The translations under genes and the position numbers were made by a program. Under the pieces are notes generated by a model. That model searched no databases. It had not been told where the DNA came from and was given only the letters and a program-made list of their open reading frames with translations. This document shows, one piece after another, positions 60,374 through 64,000 of a stretch of DNA of 64,000 nucleotides (position 1 is the stretch's first letter; each line of letters opens with the position of its first letter). The DNA comes from Chiloscyllium plagiosum (Eukaryota): assembly GCF_004010195.1 (NCBI RefSeq), contig NC_057718.1:53627615-53691614 (forward strand). Direction: 5' to 3'.

Positions 60374-63055
60374 CAGTCCCAGCTGTCCTCTTTATCTTTT
60401 AACAGTTCTGAAAAGTCCAGAGTTTCATTCAGCACTTTAAATATTGGGGAGTTGTGCTCAATCCTACAGGTGAGACTTGAAACTGGGCTTTCTGGCCCAG
60501 GGACCTGAGTTTAACCTGGCTTCCAGGCTTGACCAATTGAAGTTACAATTGGAAAACATAATTAATTTTGAATCGATTATGCGCTGGACTGAAATTGCAA
60601 CATAGGCATCATGACAGAGCTCCTTGAATAAACTGCATTACTTACCTTCCTGATATATCAGTGTGTAGCAAACTGACTGACCCTGTAGATGTCCTCAATA
60701 ATTACATGAGACACAGATATGCAGGAAAATTGAAGGCTGTTTTGATCTGGACAATACTGAATGGGACCCTATTTGAAGGTTAAGCAGATAACACTGTTTT
60801 GGTAATCCTCAATCTCAGTTTTTTGGAAGTCATTTAATTCCCTAGTCAAAGCTTCCTGTCAGATGGCTTACCAATGGAAGAATGTGGTCAATAACAAGAA
60901 AAGTTTGCATTTATATAGCACTGCTGTTATACTGGGATATCCTAAGCTGCTTGTAGAATTTGTCCTTATACCCCTAAAGGATTACATTTCTGCAGCTCTA
61001 TAACTAATACAAAGTGTTGTTAGTATCAAGTCAAAGTTATAGGTTAACTTTTGGGATTTAGTCTGCCTGAAACAGGGAACCATGCTGGGTACATTGAGTT
61101 CCATGACATGGTAGACTGCCATTGCTGGCTGTTTCTGGTGCTTTGTAGACACACAATCTAAAATGTGCACCGAATGCAGTCTGTACCAGAGTTTGTAGTT
61201 GATTTCCTGGTTAACTGCATAACAGTTTACCTGTTACTGCCAACAAGCTGTATGGTGCAGTGATATCTTATTGATATGGATGGGAGGAAAAAACTGCACA
61301 TGCAATATAATAAATAGCTTTGTAATGTGGTGCACTTTCTCCTTGTGTCAATGATAACAAATTAAGCTTGCCTTATGCACATAACCAGTGTAGTAGTACA
61401 CTGAAGTCTTTTACCCTTGAACAAATTGTTACAGTTTCATACATGGAAAGGAAATGTGGCAAATAATGAACCACTTACCGTAATGAATTGGGGATATTGC
61501 TCTCTGCCCTTTAATTTCCATTCCGTTGTTCCAGCATGAATTTCTATATCAGGCAAATTAAATCAAAGTTAAGCCCACATGGGTTTGAAACTTGATCTGA
61601 ATGTAGAAGTGCGTTTGCATGCAAGAAAGACCACACTTTGATTTTTATTTGAAGAAATCCAATTTTGCTCTCCATTCCCAACCCCACATCATTTTCCTTT
61701 GGCTTTTTTGCATGGACTGTGAGTGCCTATTGGGAAAAAAAAAACAAAGATGTGCCTCTGCTGAAGTTGGGTTCCTCATTTAAAATGGGGGACAAAAATT
61801 AGGTTTCTGTCCACTCTCCATTTTGGTTTTCGGGGCTTTGGAAGCCCAAGAAATTTTATGAAGAAGGTAGAAAACGTGCTAGCGGGTATGGAACAGTCTG
61901 GAAAGCAAGTGTGGAGTATCTTCATACTTCCAGATATTCAATATATGGCATTTAATTGTAATGCAGACATGTCCAAATGCAATAATTAAGACAGGGAGCT
62001 GTCCTGTAAATGTAAGTTCACCCCTAAATTGACCAACAATGTGCATTTGTTCATTTGTATTATGATACTTCTATAGTGGTGAATTGAATGAATTATGTTA
62101 CAAAGTGCCCTGTCAGCTTACGCTGTCATCCTCTCTACTGTGATTTACACAGTTCACAGCTGATTTTTAAAAAGGTTTTTGATGCTTGAGAAATCATTTA
62201 AAAATAATTTAGCAATCTGCTTCATTACAAAGATTGCCATCCCTCTGCTTCGAAACTGAGAAGAGCAGCTGCTGTTCTATGCTTTTCAGAGAGTAGACTG
62301 TTGTTTGGGCAGCTGTGGTTATTACAAATACTTCACCAAAACTTCAAACACTAATCAGCTTTCTCACAGTAAGTGTTACCTTCTTCTGAAAATAAACGTC
62401 AATATCAAGAAGTTGTCATGACAGATTGTCCTTTTGACAGATGTGCATTCTGGTTGTTGTCTCAAGATAATAGGATTGAAAATTATACAAAGTTGGTTTC
62501 ACACGTCAGATTGTATTTTTTTTTTCAGAATCAATTATATGAAAACTGTTTTTGTAGATGATAAAAGGTTTCTTTTTGCCCTCCCTTCAACAAAATATAA
62601 TGCAGAATATTTCTCATCAACATTATCTGCAATCTGAAGACGGTAGACAGTGCACATCTGGTGAGTGACTATGGGGGGAATAAGGATGGCATGAAGTAAC
62701 ACAAAGGATCTGATGGGATATGGTGGATACAGGAGTAGCAACATGGGCTGACATTGTGGTGAGGGCTAGGTAAAGGAGGAAGGGATTAGGTTTTGGGTGG
62801 CCTTGAGACATTGTTATGAGCTGCAATTTCTTTGGTTTCGGAAACTAAGGTGGGTCATCTCCCCATTCCACCTTCTACAAGTGCCATCATCATGTACTGA
62901 TCATACTGTCAAAAGACAAAAATAGTGTTAATGTTACACCTGCCATTTGTAAAGTATGAAAGTGCCCTCATCAGGTTTCCCCAAGCCCAGAGGAACTCTC
63001 CTTTGATTTCAGAATGTTACACCCTAACAGTCAAACCCATAAAATGGTCCCTTAA

Positions 63056-63523
63056 TAGACAATAGACAATAGACAATAGGTGCAGGAGTAGGCCATTCTG
63101 CCCTTCGAGTCTGCACCACCATTCAATATGATCATGGCTGATTATCCTTAATCAATATCCTGTTCCTGCCTTATCTCCATAACCCTTGATTCCACTATCC
63201 TTGAGAGCTTTATTCAACTCTTTCTTAAATGAATCCAGAGACTGGGCCTCCACTGCCCTCTGGGGCAGAGCATTCCACACAGCCACCACTCTCTGGGTGA
63301 AGAAGTTTCTCCTAAATGGTCTACCCCGTATTTTTAAGCTGTGTCCTCTGGTTCGGCACTCACCCATCAGCGGAAACATGTTTCCTGCCTCCAGAGTGTC
63401 CAATCCTTTAATAATCTTATATGTCTCAATCGGATCCCCTCTCAGTCTTCTAAACTCAAGAGTATACAACCCCAATCGCTCCAGTCTTTCAGCGTAAGGT
63501 AGTCCCGCCATTCCAGGAATTGA
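63056..63523 (-). mobile_element. Young 5'-truncated CR1 with (TGTCTAT)n tail
   Basis: Minus ORF RLRGDPIETYKI...NFFTQRVVAVWNALP; CCTTAA on both flanks. Confidence 0.9.
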
Positions 63524-63817
63524 CCTTAAGGAATGGGAGGGCAAATTCTACCAGTTCCTTGTCATGTTTTAGTATTATAATAGTTCTATAAATGTACATT
63601 TTTGCTCTTTTAGTTGAATGCACCATCCCAAAAGAAACAAAATGATGGGGAATTCTAGTTGGAGAATTAAACAGTGTCTGTATTGTCCTATTTCCCAAAG
63701 GGAGCCCAGAATCAGAAATTAAGGCTTTAACAGTGACCACCTTCATGTCCCTCTTTACATATTGGTGTCATGAAAATTAAATGTTGAAGACCTCACAGCA
63801 TGATTTATATTTACTCA

Positions 63818-64000
63818 AGACAAGGATGTTGCCAGGGTTTGAGCTAGGGGAGAGGCTGAATGGGCTGGAGGTGTTTTCTCTGGAGCATTGGAGGCTGAGG
63901 GGTGACCTTATAGAGGTTTATAAAGTCATGAGGGGTGTGGTTAAGGTAAATAGACAAGGTCTTTTGCCTGAATTGGGGGAGTTCAGAATTAGAGGGCATA
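63818..64000 (+). mobile_element. CR1 fragment cut by window end
   Basis: RLRGDLIEVYKVMRG. Confidence 0.85.

Noticed and set aside
61480..61596. Minus-strand exon with GTAAGT donor
   Set aside because: All frames closed from the best acceptor; the shorter alternative gives no recognisable peptide
1..64000. CRISPR array, prokaryotic operon or endogenous viral ORF
   Set aside because: No regularly spaced repeat-spacer array and no long non-transposon ORF; content is vertebrate repeat DNA

Overview
Eukaryotic, repeat-rich DNA with one 559-N assembly gap (43968-44526) and no host protein-coding exon, tRNA, rRNA or CRISPR array that I can support. The repeat inventory points to a cartilaginous fish, probably a shark (inference): HE1-like tRNA-derived SINEs, HER1/CR1 LINEs, Rex1/Babar LINEs, old L2 and Deu-type SINEs, a solo LTR and many Penelope-like element (PLE) fragments. 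Nearly all recognisable ORFs in the track are decayed retroelement pieces. The most notable signal is a dense set of minimal hammerhead-ribozyme motifs (CUGANGA-stem II-GAAA-palindromic stem III) in about five sequence families, all in PLE 3' termini. Several sit in tiny (75-200 bp) solo or fold-back insertions with ~13-16 bp target-site duplications (TSDs; 7 bp in one case), and their 5' breakpoints cluster in the ribozyme. Also present: a 70-bp inverted templated insertion of nearby unique DNA into a CR1, a ~98.5% identical 642/643-bp tandem duplication, and candidate cis-regulatory blocks. All family names come from motif recognition by eye, and boundaries of old repeats are approximate.
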